A stretch of 63,425 bases of DNA, filler included, from Octopus bimaculoides (taxonomy: Eukaryota), in NCBI RefSeq assembly GCF_001194135.2. It is 6 parts of 6 records of this genome, joined end to end, with 100 filler letters (N's around TTAATTAATTAA, not from the genome) between each part and the next. Parts side by side here need not be neighbours in the genome. Positions count along the whole stretch, not along the records: positions 18,345 to 41,290 come from NC_068987.1; positions 41,391 to 52,865 come from NC_069006.1; positions 52,966 to 58,229 come from NC_068996.1; 3 more parts are not named here. The stretch is one strand, 5' to 3'. Each line of letters opens with the position of its first letter. Position 1 is the first letter of the stretch. The notes under the pieces are model-generated. The model did not search any database and was not told where the DNA came from. It saw only the letters and a program-made list of their open reading frames with translations. Positions 40,816 through 53,139 of this stretch are shown piece by piece. A program made the translations under genes and the position numbers.

Positions 40816-41253
40816 TTGTGCGTGAGTGAGTGTGTATGTGTTTGCGTATGTGTCTCTTCGTGTGTGTGTCTGTGTGAGTGTGTGTGCTTGCCTCGTGTCT
40901 TGAAGATCAACGTTGGTCTGTTTGCGTACATGTATGTTAGCGGGACATCAAATACACAGATAGAAGTAGTACCAGTATCTCCTCCATTAATTTGAATAAA
41001 AATCCGGAAGGTGATGCCCCAGCATGGCCGTATTCTAATGAATTTCATGCGTGTGTATGTATGTGTGTGTGTTTATATACTTCACAACATGAATAAAATT
41101 AGTTTTCCTGATAATTTATCCACTACAATAATTAGATGCTTAAAACTTATAAATTATTGGACAAGCCATTTCTGTTCATTTGTTTCAAACATGTAATGTT
41201 ATACCAAGGGCTTTCTAATTCTTACCCTATTCTGCTTATATATATATAAATAA

Positions 41254-41290
<37 letters not shown>

Positions 41291-41584
41291 NNNNNNNNNN
41301 NNNNNNNNNNNNNNNNNNNNNNNNNNNNNNNNNNTTAATTAATTAANNNNNNNNNNNNNNNNNNNNNNNNNNNNNNNNNNNNNNNNNNNNTATATATGTG
41401 TGTGTGTGTGTGTGTCTTTGTTGAACCGTAACATAGTGGTTCGCCAAAAGTATTCGATAGAATAAGTACTACTTTTGGGGTCTGATGATACACTGTAAAG
41501 CCAAGCGGTTTATAGGACGTGAAACCCCAAAGTAATACTCTAGACCGGCCTTTATCTATCTTTGTATGTATGTATGTATGTACG

Positions 41585-41618
<34 letters not shown>

Positions 41619-42361
41619 CGCATACAAATATACATATTCATGCGATGATCCTTTGAAATATGTTAAAACGTGTGTGTGTTAATATGTGAATATGTGTATG
41701 TATGTACCTAGCCATATGGGCGCAACATATACAATGAAACTCAAGGACTAAACAACGAGGGGAAAGAATATAGGCGCCCCTGTTATTTAAGCATCCCTCA
41801 CCCGCAAAAAACAGAAAAAACCCAGAAAAAAAGAAGTGCTTCGTTCTGTTGCTTGCTGAGGAATTGAAAGCAGCTAGAAAAGTTGGGTATGAATAACTGA
41901 AAGCCAGAGAAGGGGATATAAGGGAAGGCTGAAAGCAAATGGCGAAATGATGATTGAAAGAAAGTTGGAGAGAGAAATAGAGCATGAGGCGACGCGCACT
42001 CACACAGGTATATAAAGTACAGCAGAAATGATAGAGTGCGTGTGTGTAGATATCCGCCTAAGTAATTGTAAAAAAATAACTGAAACCGAAGATCGTCTCA
42101 TTGAGCCGTATATGACTGATTATGGCATATAATGGACCGAATATTACTGCCAGTTTCGGGTCGATTATTGTACTTCTTCAGACATGGTGATAGTAAATTA
42201 TAACCTCTGTATTTCCCATACTGAATCTGCGCTTTTTCTGATTTAGGAACACACGCATGCCCGCGCGCACATGTTTTGCCCAAATAGGTCCATATAAAAA
42301 TTTCAGAGTGAAGTCGAAGCATTAGTAGATATTTATAACTCATATATAAAATACAAACAGC

Positions 42362-42555
42362 GGTACTACTACAGCAGCACGGTCCCGAACGCGTAGTCGT
42401 GAGTGTTCGATCCTAACCCTAACCCCAAACCTAAACACGTATTCATTTGCACACGCGAGTTAGGGTTAGGGATAGGGTTAGGGTTAGGGATAGGGTTAGG
42501 ATCGACCACTCACGACTAGCTAGCGCGTTCGGGACCGTGCTGCTTTAGTAGTACC
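42362..42555. mobile_element. 194-bp palindromic MITE-like element with inverted telomeric repeats
   Basis: ggtactactacagcagcacggtcccgaacgcg...cctaaccctaaccc / gttagggttagggatagggttagg...cgcgttcgggaccgtgctgctttagtagtacc. Confidence 0.85.
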
Positions 42556-42889
42556 CAAAGAGCTAGGAATAGATTAATAAACAATGCCTGTACAATAGAA
42601 TATGTATATATATGTGCCTACAAGTGTGTAGTATGTGCATTGGATGTTCCGCTTGAGGTGCCTATGTCTCTTAGTCCTTATTTATCCCAAACTCCTTTCA
42701 TTTCGACCTATTAAAAAAATTATATGTTGTATATATATGTTGTCGATATTGCAGTGTCAACCTACTCTTCGTCTTTTTATTTTTTTAATTATTATAATTA
42801 AACCTTTCCCGCCACAAATATACCCTATAAATGATTTACCCCCCATGTGACCCCGTTTCCCCGATTATCTTCTTACCCCCCCTTTTTTT

Positions 42890-43250
42890 TTTGTTATACT
42901 AACCCGCCTGAAACCGCCTAACTTGCTATCATTGAAGTGATCCAAGTTGAAACATTTTATCAAAATTTCACGTTGAAATTATTATATAAACAACCAGATT
43001 GATAAAGACAAAGTTATTTTACTAAATCATTCCATTATATTCAAAATTTAAGCCAAGTTTGACAAAAATATAGTAACAAAAGGGTACAAAGCAATCTAAA
43101 AGAACCCCTATCAAAATTTCAAGTTAAAATCACGTTCTAAACACTAGCTAACTAATGACAAAGTTATTGTACAGAATACTTCATTATTTTCAAAATTAAT
43201 TTAAATAAAGATAGTACATTTCTACCGAAGTAAGGTAACAAAGGGGTTAA
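42890..43250 (-). mobile_element. Two tandem copies of a TTAA-ended (piggyBac-like) MITE, family P1
   Basis: The copies end gtaacaaaagggtaca and gtaacaaaggggTTAA, and share aaaatttca...gacaaagttattttac with the 53.3 and 55.3 kb copies. Confidence 0.75.
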
Positions 43251-43754
43251 GGCGCTAATGTATACTTTAGGGGGAAATGAGATCGATATTTCAAACCGAT
43301 CTGGTGAGACTATGTAATTGGAAAAATATGAATGATGAAATACACAATAGTAAATACGAAAAAAAGGTGCGACGATCTATCAGATAAATGATTGGATAAA
43401 GCAGACAAACCTCCAGACTCGCCTTCCGCAACCTTGTCTTCGCAAATGATAGCAGGAAACGAGTTGCAAGCGCTTATCAAACAAACGACCTCCTCTCATG
43501 CTTACTCATTCTCCTACCCACTCTCTTTCCTTCGACTTCTCTCTCTACTCTCTACTCTCTCTCTTTCACGTTCAGAGAAGCATGTTTCGCTGTTGTATTA
43601 CGATCATACATGGATTTATTGAAGAATGAAAAGGATTCCACCTTCACGGGTTCGGATGCCAAGAAAACAATGTCCGATGCTCTAATGATTTAACCTTCGT
43701 TTTACATTCAATCTTGTGTTTCCACCACCCTCGTCATTGCACTAACTACACCTA

Positions 43755-43960
43755 CACACACACACACACACACACACGTGTTTATACACACAATGTGCAT
43801 ACATACACACACACACATACATACACACACACACACACACACACGTGTTTATACACACAATGTGCATACATACACACACACATATACATACGCACACACA
43901 CACACACACACACACACGTGTTTATACACACAATGTGCATACATACACACACACACACAC
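43755..43960. repeat. Microsatellite-derived minisatellite, three ~65-70-bp units
   Basis: cacgtgtttatacacacaatgtgcatacata repeated three times among (CA)n. Confidence 0.85.
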
Positions 43961-44073
43961 ACATACATCCATTCATACACACATACATACATACACACAT
44001 ACATACACACATACATAATACATACACACATACATACATACATACATGTATGTATGTAAGTTCTGTGGGTACA

Positions 44074-44292
44074 TTTGCTCGACAGAAACTGAAAGAAGCC
44101 TATAGAGCCCGTGTGTGTGTGTACGCATGACAAAACATTGTTCGTTTGTTTACATCACCGTAACATAGCGGCGCGGCAAGACTGGCCGGTAGGTAGAATA
44201 AGGACCAGACTTTAAAATAAAGTACTGGGGTCGATTTGTTCGACTAAAATCTTTCAAGTTGGTGCCCTCAACCATGAACGCAGTCCAGTAAC
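44074..44292 (+). mobile_element. SINE family A 3' half
   Basis: gacagaaactgaaagaagcc...tgtttacatcaccgtaac...agtactggggtcgatttgttcgactaaa...actgaagcaagt. Confidence 0.85.
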
Positions 44293-44609
44293 TGAAGCAA
44301 GTGGGAGACAGAAGATTAACCCTCAACCAGATTTATCGGGCCTATCGATACTATTGTCCAGATCAAAGGTCCTCAACTGGGTGCCATTTGGAGCAAAGGA
44401 GGCTCTCTTGTGCCAAAGAACACTCTTTCGATAGAGTAGCCATTTACAACTTTAAAGATTATAGAAAATTTTGTCGTTGTTTTAAAGTTGGAGATAATTC
44501 ACTGCTTTTTCAAATTTTTTATTAACTTTTATTTTTTTGCTTAAATAAGAACAGTTAATTGCACATTCAATATGGAAGACATGGAAGTTATCATATATAG
44601 ATTACTTAC

Positions 44610-44912
44610 AGACAATTCAAAATTTTCAACGTCTTGATTGGGTTTATTTGAATTATTTTCCTGTTCTTTCTGCCCTTCCTTCGACTCTTCCTTTGGCTCT
44701 TCTTTTGGCTCTTCCTTTGACTCTTTCTTTGACTCTTCCTTTGATTCTCCCTTTGACTCTTCCTTTGGTTTTTCCTTTGACTCTTCCTTTGTCTCCTTCT
44801 TTGGCTCTTCCTTTGACTCCTTCTTTGACTCTTCCTTTGACTCTTCCTTTAACTCTTCCTTTGGTTCTTCCTTTGACTCTCCTTTCGGCTGCTCCTGACT
44901 CTTTGGTCGCCC
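44610..44912 (-). CDS. Candidate internal exon (303 nt, phase 0-0) encoding a KEE(P/S)K-repeat charged, disordered segment; host gene unidentified
   Basis: Acceptor (ttta)n-ttcag|GGG, donor TCT|gtaagt, stop-free 101 codons: GRPKSQEQPKGESKEEPKEELKEESK...NKPNQDVENFELS. The 12-bp repeat units vary without breaking frame. Confidence 0.65.
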
Positions 44913-45017
44913 CTGAATAAATAAATAAATAAATAAATAAATAAATGAATAAATAAATAAAGATATATATGCATACATATACATGTATACATATATACAT
45001 ACACATGTATTTATGTA

Positions 45018-45300
45018 TGTATGTCTTTTACTTATTTCAGTCCTCAGACTGCAGCCATGCCAGGGTACTGCCCTTGAAATGATCCCGGTACTTCTTTTTT
45101 AAGCCTGGTACTTACTTTGTCTATCTCTCTTGCTAAACAACTAAGCTACAGGGATGTAAACACACAAGCAGTGGTTGTCAAGCGGTGGTAAAGGACAAAC
45201 AGAGACACAAAGACACACACACACACAGATATTAATATACATATATATGACAGGCTTCTTTCAATCTCCATCTACCAAATCCACTCACAAGATTATAGTA
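45018..45300 (-). mobile_element. SINE family A
   Basis: tctttttacttatttcagtc...cctggtactta...gatgtaaacac...ggcttctttcaatctccatctaccaaatccactcacaag. Confidence 0.9.
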
Positions 45301-45310
45301 NNNNNNNNNN

Positions 45311-45359
<49 letters not shown>

Positions 45360-46179
45360 GTATATATATATATATATATATATTCCAAGAGAGTTAGAGG
45401 TTGTGAAATGCTAAGTCAATCAGGACTGGGTTTGTACTCAAAACTAAAGGGACATAATTCTGCAAGAAATTTAATTTTTTTCTTAAGTCCTGATAGTAAC
45501 AGGAAAAGAAAATATAAAGGATATCCTTGTCATTCTGTTTGGTACGCAAAAGGATCTTACAAGGAAATAATCTGAGAGGAGGAAAGAAAAAAAACTTGTA
45601 AGCATACTTCGTTTTTAATGCTATTTAAGGAGTGCCATTCGTCTGTATGTTTTGGATTCAAATTCCGATTCCTCATTAAGGCATTAGAAGGTATTAAAGC
45701 CACAGAATTATGGGAGATGAGAATGGTCTCTGTGTGTCATTAATGACCGTGGATAAAGGTCCTTGTTGTTTACCCTACTGGACACAGTCTGATGTGCAAA
45801 TCATAGTCTCTGTCATGCAAGTTGCACTTTTGAGCTGTCCCGATACAGTTTGAGTTGTCCAGTTCTATCTTTCCAGTATAGAATGTTCAATAAGATCTAA
45901 GCGTGGACAATCCAGTATGAGGGACAGGTTGTTGCCCATGCAGTGTGTGCCTCCTCTCCATGTCACTGATGGGTCCAAAGGAACAGCATGGCTATTACAA
46001 TTTGGCCAGCTCAGGAATTGCCAGAACAAGGTGGTAGATAATGTTGAACTGCCTGAGCTCTGACTCAGAGTTTACTCCCAAAGCTTTTCTCATGGCTGGT
46101 TATGGCCACAAAACAGCAAAGATTTAGAGTCAAAGTTTTCCTGCCCCTTCTATACTTTCTGGAGAAGTAACCTCAATCC

Positions 46180-46236
<57 letters not shown>

Positions 46237-46374
46237 GAGGAAATCATTTACTATTACGTAGCTTGAATTCACCACTCCTTACTATATTGAATTTCCTTCT
46301 CATTATAGACGGATGTTCTTGAATGATGACATTCTTCAGATAAATTGCAATACTATTTAATGTCGGGCTGCCTA

Positions 46375-46758
46375 ATAAGGAGTTTACTTTCCAACTACAT
46401 GGTCCTGGGTCCGGTCCCACTGTGTGGTGCCTTGAGTAAGTATCTTCTACTATAGCCCTGAGTTAACCAATGTCTTGTGAGTGGATTTGGTAGTCAGAAA
46501 CTGAAAGAAACTCATCATAAATGTATATATGTGGATACATCTGTGTGTGTGCCTTTGTGTTTATGTGTGTCCCCCACCACTGCTTGATAATTGGTGTTGG
46601 TTTGTTTGCATCCCCATAACTTCATAACTTGGTAAAAGAAATAGGGGGAATAAGTACCAGGCTTAAAAAATAAAGTACTAGGATTGATTCAGTCAACTTA
46701 AACCCTTCAGGGCGATGCTCCAGCATGACCACTGTTTACTGACTGCAACAATTAAGAA
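46375..46758 (+). mobile_element. SINE family A, near full length
   Basis: Head (ggtcctgggtccggtcccactgtgtgg), middle (gtgagtggatttggtag), internal (TG/TA) microsatellite and tail (gctccagcatgacc). Confidence 0.9.
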
Positions 46759-46819
46759 ATACAGGTAAAGTAAAACCTTTCACGAGAATTTCTTGTTAAT
46801 GTATGTCCTATAGAAAGGT

Positions 46820-47030
46820 GGGGAGCTGGCCGAATCGTTAGCATGCCGGGCGAAATGCTTTGCGGTATTTTGTTGCTATGTTCTGAGTTCAAATTCTGCC
46901 AAGGTTGACTTTTATCTTTCATCCTTTCGAGGTCGATAAATTAAATACCAGTTGAGTACTGGGGTCAATGTGATCGACTGTCCCCCTTCCCACAAAATCC
47001 AGGCCTTATGTTTATAGTAGAGAGGAATCT
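46820..47030 (+). mobile_element. SINE family B
   Basis: ggggagctggccgaatcgttagcatgccgggcgaaatgc...gttcaaattctgcc...ttcatcctttcgaggtcgataaa. Confidence 0.9.
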
Positions 47031-47044
47031 ATTGTCCCAAAGAG

Positions 47045-47150
47045 TAGCTTGATAATGACAAAGTTATTTTACCAAATTCTTCAGTATTTTTAAAATTAAC
47101 TGAAACAAAGGCAGCGTGTTCCAACAGAAATATGGTAATAAAGCAAGTTG
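47045..47150 (-). mobile_element. MITE family P1 fragment
   Basis: gataatgacaaagttattttaccaaattcttc...aacagaaatatggtaa. Confidence 0.65.
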
Positions 47151-47342
47151 ATTCAACATTGAGAGCACAGTTTCCTTTTTTAATGTGAACTCTCAAAAAT
47201 AAATTACACTGTTATCCCTATGGTTACTTATTTTATCAACCCTGAGAGGATGAAAGACAAAGGACCTCAGTGGAATTTGAACTCAGAACACAAAGCACTA
47301 CAAGAAATGTCACCTAGCATTTTGTGATATTTATTTATTTTA

Positions 47343-47700
47343 TTTTTGTTTCAATCATTAGATTGTGGACATGCTGGGGCAGCACCTTGAAGAATTTTTA
47401 GTTGAATGGATCAACCCCTGTACTTATGTGTTTCTTTAGCCTGGTACTTATTCTAATGGTCTCTTTTACTGAACTGCTATATTATGGGGATGTAAACACA
47501 CCAACACTGGTGGAAAGACACACACACATACACATATATATGATGGGCTTCTTTCCCTTTCCATCTACCAAATCCACTTTCAAGCTGTTGGTCAGCCCAA
47601 GGCTATATAACAGAAGACAGTTGCCCAGAGTGGGTGCCACGCAGTGGGACAGAATCTGTAAACATGTGTTTGTGAAGCAAGCTTCTTACTACACAGTCAC
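47343..47700 (-). mobile_element. SINE family A, near full length
   Basis: Reverse of the 46375-46758 copy. Confidence 0.9.
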
Positions 47701-48802
47701 AACTGTGTCTATGTGCTATGTGCTAAACGATTCATTTTAATAAAACAAGATTTCGTTGTTCAAATCTGTAAATTCAGAAATTCTGTTTGGTAGATAAAAA
47801 GCTCTTAAAAGCAAGGAACTGTAAGATGAAGAACGGAAATATTTGTAAACAATGCATCATTTATAATACTACATATCACCTGAAAGTATAAACTGTAAAC
47901 CGGTGATAAGAAATTCGCAGAATACAGTTTATGCTGAGAGCAAAAAGCCAGGAATCAAACACTTCAATAACAACACTTTGTTCAACTTTTCTAAATCCTC
48001 ACAGTATTTAAACTTATTCCACTGTTTGAACACTTGGTATCTACTGTTTCCTAACACAGATCATCTCCAGTTTTACTGTTTTGATATAAAACTGGTACTC
48101 CCGGAACAACCTGCTAATGATATGTGCAAATGGCAGAGCACTCCAGAGATACACGTATCCTTAACATATTGCAGGATTGGATTTGCACTAGGTACCTATC
48201 TTTGTTTCTAAACTAAAGGAGGTATCTACATCAGTGGCACAGTGAAGAAGAGAATTACTCTCTTCCTTCATTTACGAAATGAAGATTCATGGATCACATC
48301 CAGGATTAAGATACTTTGTGTTGATTGAAACTTAGTGTAGATGTAATATTGAAATACTTTTCACATCTAAGAGATAGCATTAATTTGGTACTGTGTTGGT
48401 TACAATGTTGAGTATTCCAGCTGGTCTAATCAGTAGTCCCACGCAGGTCAAATTGAACCTGGAACCATTAGATCACAAAGCAAGCTTTCTACTACAGAGC
48501 CATGCCTGCACCTATAAAGCCACACCTTCACCTATAAAGCCACACCTTCACCTATGCTAAAAATCTATTTATATTCCTCATGTAAAGCAATTGGGAATTT
48601 CTAGTGTTCATTCAGTGTAAAGTAATTAGATAGTTCCTACATAAGGTTAGTAAACTTCATTAAACCAAATAAGTTAATGAGCTGTAAAAAGTGTACTTCT
48701 TTGTGTCATCTTAACGAAGGGAAAAGAAATGCATTAACATTGTTGATATTCAAATAAATTTCTTACTTTCAGATGATTCATTATAGCTTTGGAATATTGC
48801 CC

Positions 48803-49029
48803 TAGCCTTTTACTGTCTAAGCCTGCCAAATCTGGCCCAGTTATTCTACCTGTTCTATGTTCAAACCAACCAGATCCAGCCTCTCGCGCCAACCCTATAA
48901 TATCATTCTAAAAATAAACAATTATATCATAGAAATCTCAAAGATATAAAATAAAGTACGGTTAATTCAAAAGGATGTAAATAAATAAGCATTATATTTG
49001 ACAGAGTAATCGGAATGCTAAATGGTTAA
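48803..49029 (-). mobile_element. TTAA-ended (piggyBac-like) MITE, family P2
   Basis: Ends gagtaatcggaatgctaaatggTTAA; the other end is a degenerate tagccttttac. Confidence 0.6.
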
Positions 49030-49204
49030 TAGGGTTTCAGTGCTTAAAATTCTATAGATTAAAGTAAGGATTTGACTGCTGTATTTATTAATTAGTATTC
49101 AAGCTAAGTAAAATCACAGGCATTCATCCATATATTCATGATCTTTATAGCCATGCGCCTACTCCCTCTCCCAGCTGAGAGGTAAATAGGTAAAAGATAT
49201 AGTT

Positions 49205-49330
49205 CTGTATCATTTGTCCATTTAGTGTCCGTCTTCACATGCTAGCATGGTTTGGATGGGAATTGATTTTGATGTGAGGGTTTCATAGCTGGATGCTCTT
49301 CCTGCGGTCAACCCTTGCTGGTTGTTTTCC
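49205..49330 (+). mobile_element. Dispersed repeat resembling an RTE-related LINE/SINE tail
   Basis: catgctagcatggtttggatgg...gctggatgctcttcctgcggtcaacc, recognised from memory as a common cephalopod repeat. Confidence 0.45.
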
Positions 49331-49645
49331 AAGTGAGGGATATTTGTGTTTCTTCTACAGACCTTTGAAAATACAAAGTGACTGGTGTTATGTCAATAAG
49401 GAATGCAAGCATCACTGTTTCGCTCAGATGATGATAAGCAAAATACCACCATTCACACACACATACACACAATATATATATATATATATACAGACATACC
49501 TATATACATACATACTTATATATACTTTATATATATATATAAATTCATGTGTACATACACATAAAGCATTTAATGTGCAATGAACTGATAAGGAAGGTAG
49601 AAATAATGAGAAGTATGTTTCTTTTCTTGACCCATCTCTCTCCTT

Positions 49646-49681
<36 letters not shown>

Positions 49682-50299
49682 TCTCTCTCTCTCCCTCTCT
49701 TCTCTCCCTCTCCCTCTCTTCTCTCTCTCTCCCTCCCTCTCTTCTCTCTCTCTCCCTCCCTTCTCTCTCTTTACCTCCTCACTTGTTAATAACTTCTACT
49801 CTCCTCCTCAAAAACCCATAAACACACACACACACACAAACTCTCTCTCGTCCCTCTGTTTGTCTCTCTCTCTCTCTCTCTCTTGCCATAATTAATAGCA
49901 GCTCTCAGAGTGCCAAATAATGGAGGAGAATGACTACAACAGTAACAGCAACCATAACTACAACATTACAGCAAGAACCTTGTAGACTCTGCCACCAATA
50001 TTTCAACTATTAATGTTCCTCGCTGTAGCAAGGTTACTTCTACACTCTCTCGAATGTTTATCATTAAAAGCTTCTCACATTTTTAGTGCCACTGCTTATC
50101 GTCAAAATCACCTACATTTTAAACGTGGTCAAATTAGCATTAACACGATAATTATAGTGAAGGTAATATTAATTAATTGAGACTAAGCCATAGCAAAGAT
50201 AGCGTGGGAACTTGTGTCAATAGCAGGCTGATGGATTTGAAGCAAAGGTTCTCGATCCATTTTGGCCAAAGGCCTCCTTTTGACCCTTGGAGTGATAAT

Positions 50300-50760
50300 T
50301 CTTTTTATTACAGACATAAGGCCTGAATTTTGGCGGGAGCGGGCCTGTAAATTACATTGACCCCAGTGCTCAACAAGCGCTTATTTTATCAACCCTGAAA
50401 CAATGAAAAAACAATGTTGATCTCAGCAGCATTTGGACTCAGAGAGTAAAACTGAATGAAATATTGCTAAGCTTTTTGCTCAGCATGTTAATTATTGCTT
50501 CTAGTTTGCCACCTTACAACAGTATCACAGATACTGGTTTGAAATTCAGGCACAAGGCCAGCAATTTCAGAGGAGGGGATAAGTCAATTATATCAATCGC
50601 AATGCTTAACTGGTGCTTAATTTATCGACCCCGAAAGGATGAAAGGTAAAGTTAACCCCAGCGAAATTTGAACTCGGAACGTAAAGATGGATGAAATGCA
50701 GCAAAGCATTTTGTCCAGCGTACTAATGATTCTGCCAGGTCTCCACCTTATCTGCGGCTC
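50300..50760 (-). mobile_element. Two adjacent SINE family B copies
   Basis: acattgaccccagtgctcaac...ttttatcaaccctgaaa (50300-50490) and tttatcgaccccgaaaggatgaaaggtaaagtt...atttgaactcggaacg (50530-50760). Confidence 0.8.
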
Positions 50761-51325
50761 TCCACCAGAATTTGAAGACTTGTGTTCAAATCTTTACTGT
50801 TTGTCTTCATCTTGCATAAAACAGGTTCATGAAGGAATCGATGTATTTAATCAGAGAAGTATTAGAAAAGCATCTATTCGTGCAGAAATAGCAGCTATGA
50901 CCTCAAGAACTTCACTGCCATCCTCAGATCATCTGTTGGGATGCAAGCATTAACAAGGAATGCTGAGGAACAGTTTGGCCACTCTCCTACAGTGACCACA
51001 ACAAGAATCTGCAATCATGCCAGTCAAATATATAATTAATTGAATCACAACTTATTTTAATTGCAGGTAATATTATAAAACTAATTAGTAATAAACATTG
51101 TTTCATGGGAAAAGGCAATTTTAAGTCAGTGACTAATATTTCAATTAATTTTGCGAGTAATGGGTGACAAGTCCAAACAAGTTCAGGTGTTCACTGAACT
51201 TGCCAAAATAGTCGGGAGAAATTCTTCACTAAATAACTGCATACACAAATGTATATACTGGTTGGCATTGGGAACAAGAGCTGTTTAGCAGATTGGGAAC
51301 TCAGACACACCATCTGCAGCAAATG

Positions 51326-51372
<47 letters not shown>

Positions 51373-51912
51373 NNNNNNNNNNNNNNNNNNNNNNNNNNNN
51401 NNNNNNNNNNNNNNNNNNNNNNNNNNNNNNNNNNNNNNNNNNNNNNNNNNNNNNNNNNNNNNNNNNNNNNNNNNNNNNNNNNNNNNNNNNNNNNNNNNNN
51501 NNNNNNNNNNNNNNNNNNNNNNNNNNNNNNNNNNNNNNNNNNNNNNNNNNNNNNNNNNNNNNNNNNNNNNNNNNNNNNNNNNNNNNNNNNNNNNNNNNNN
51601 NNNNNNNNNNNNNNNNNNNNNNNNNNNNNNNNNNNNNNNNNNNNNNNNNNNNNNNNNNNNNNNNNNNNNNNNNNNNNNNNNNNNNNNNNNNNNNNNNNNN
51701 NNNNNNNNNNNNNNNNNNNNNNNNNNNNNNNNNNNNNNNNNNNNNNNNNNNNNNNNNNNNNNNNNNNNNNNNNNNNNNNNNNNNNNNNNNNNNNNNNNNN
51801 NNNNNNNNNNNNNNNNNNNNNNNNNNNNNNNNNNNNNNNNNNNNNNNNNNNNNNNNNNNNNNNNNNNNNNNNNNNNNNNNNNNNNNNNNNNNNNNNNNNN
51901 NNNNNNNNNNNN

Positions 51913-51941
<29 letters not shown>

Positions 51942-51948
<7 letters not shown>

Positions 51949-52082
51949 AGCCTCCTTTAGTTTCCATTTACCTCATCCACTCACAATGCTTTCGTTGGCC
52001 TGAAGATCTAATAGAAGACATTTACCAAAGGTGCTGCGTAGTGGTTGGGAAGCGTGCTTTTTAACCACACTGCCATGCCTGT
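51942..52082 (-). mobile_element. SINE family A 5' half, degenerate
   Basis: tttagtttccatttacctcatccactcacaatgctttcgttggcc...aaccacactgccatgcctg. Confidence 0.75.
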
Positions 52083-52496
52083 GTATAAATAAGTGTATAA
52101 ATACACATTTTTTTTGTTCTTGTAACTACATTTTCATCTTCAACCAAAATTCAAATAACGTTTGAAAATTCCACCAAGCGATGCTTTTTACTAATGCTTC
52201 TTCTATTGTTGTTTATTTCCATATTTTATTCCCATTCAATAAATTCTTTTGCTTGTTAGCATTGTACACATTCATTGAATCTACCAACTTTTCAAAGCCA
52301 TGCATATTTTCCTTTGTCTCCTCTGTTTTATTATACAATATATATATATTGGTTGTGGAGGTGGTAGCTGTGATGGTTGTAGTAGTAGTGGTGGTGGTGG
52401 TGGTGGTGGTATCACCTAAACAAGACAAAGGCCATGAACCAACAAAAGTGCTCCCCCAACACACACACACACACACAGAGAGTCACCAGTTTGCAA

Positions 52497-52770
52497 GAAA
52501 TAGCAGCCAAATGAAAATTTGCGAATTTGTCAGAAACGAGCCATCATGGAGATCTCTATATGATCTCCCGATCTGCTAGAAATAGCGGCCAATATCTCCC
52601 CCTTCCCGTACACCTCACTCAGCTCACACGAAACTGTCTGAACAAAAGATCCATTGGATGGTCTAATCCAAGGTGGACTATGTTTAAGAAACAAAATCAC
52701 GGTACGGCCACAGTCGGAGTGCCTTAGGTCATTGGTCTGCTCGTTGGATCGAAGCCAAGTGGAAATTACC
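52497..52770 (+). mobile_element. Dispersed SINE-like repeat (family D) with simple-repeat tail
   Basis: ctgctagaaatagcggccaa...ggtctgctcg...(acc)n. Related pieces occur at ~2.2, 6.7, 11.0 and 50.2 kb. Confidence 0.6.
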
Positions 52771-52965
52771 ACCACCACCACCACCAGTAACACCCAACAC
52801 CAACACCGTAACCACCGCCATCAACAGCAACGACATAGCACCAATACCTTCACCACCACCACCACNNNNNNNNNNNNNNNNNNNNNNNNNNNNNNNNNNN
52901 NNNNNNNNNTTAATTAATTAANNNNNNNNNNNNNNNNNNNNNNNNNNNNNNNNNNNNNNNNNNNN

Positions 52966-52997
<32 letters not shown>

Positions 52998-53139
52998 GTA
53001 TATATATATACACACACAGTGTTGAATATCGAAAGAAAGAGTGCTCGATACCATACTAGAGTTTAATATATTTTATGTTTAACAGATAAATTGATATCTG
53101 GCTTTGATACTCCCTTCAAAAATAGTCTTTTGTAACTGA

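Noticed and set aside
44638-45006. Alternative frames of the 12-bp repeat (SFDS, LPLT, GRVK peptides)
   Set aside because: By-products of a 12-bp unit. Only the KEE(P/S)K frame is open between both splice signals.
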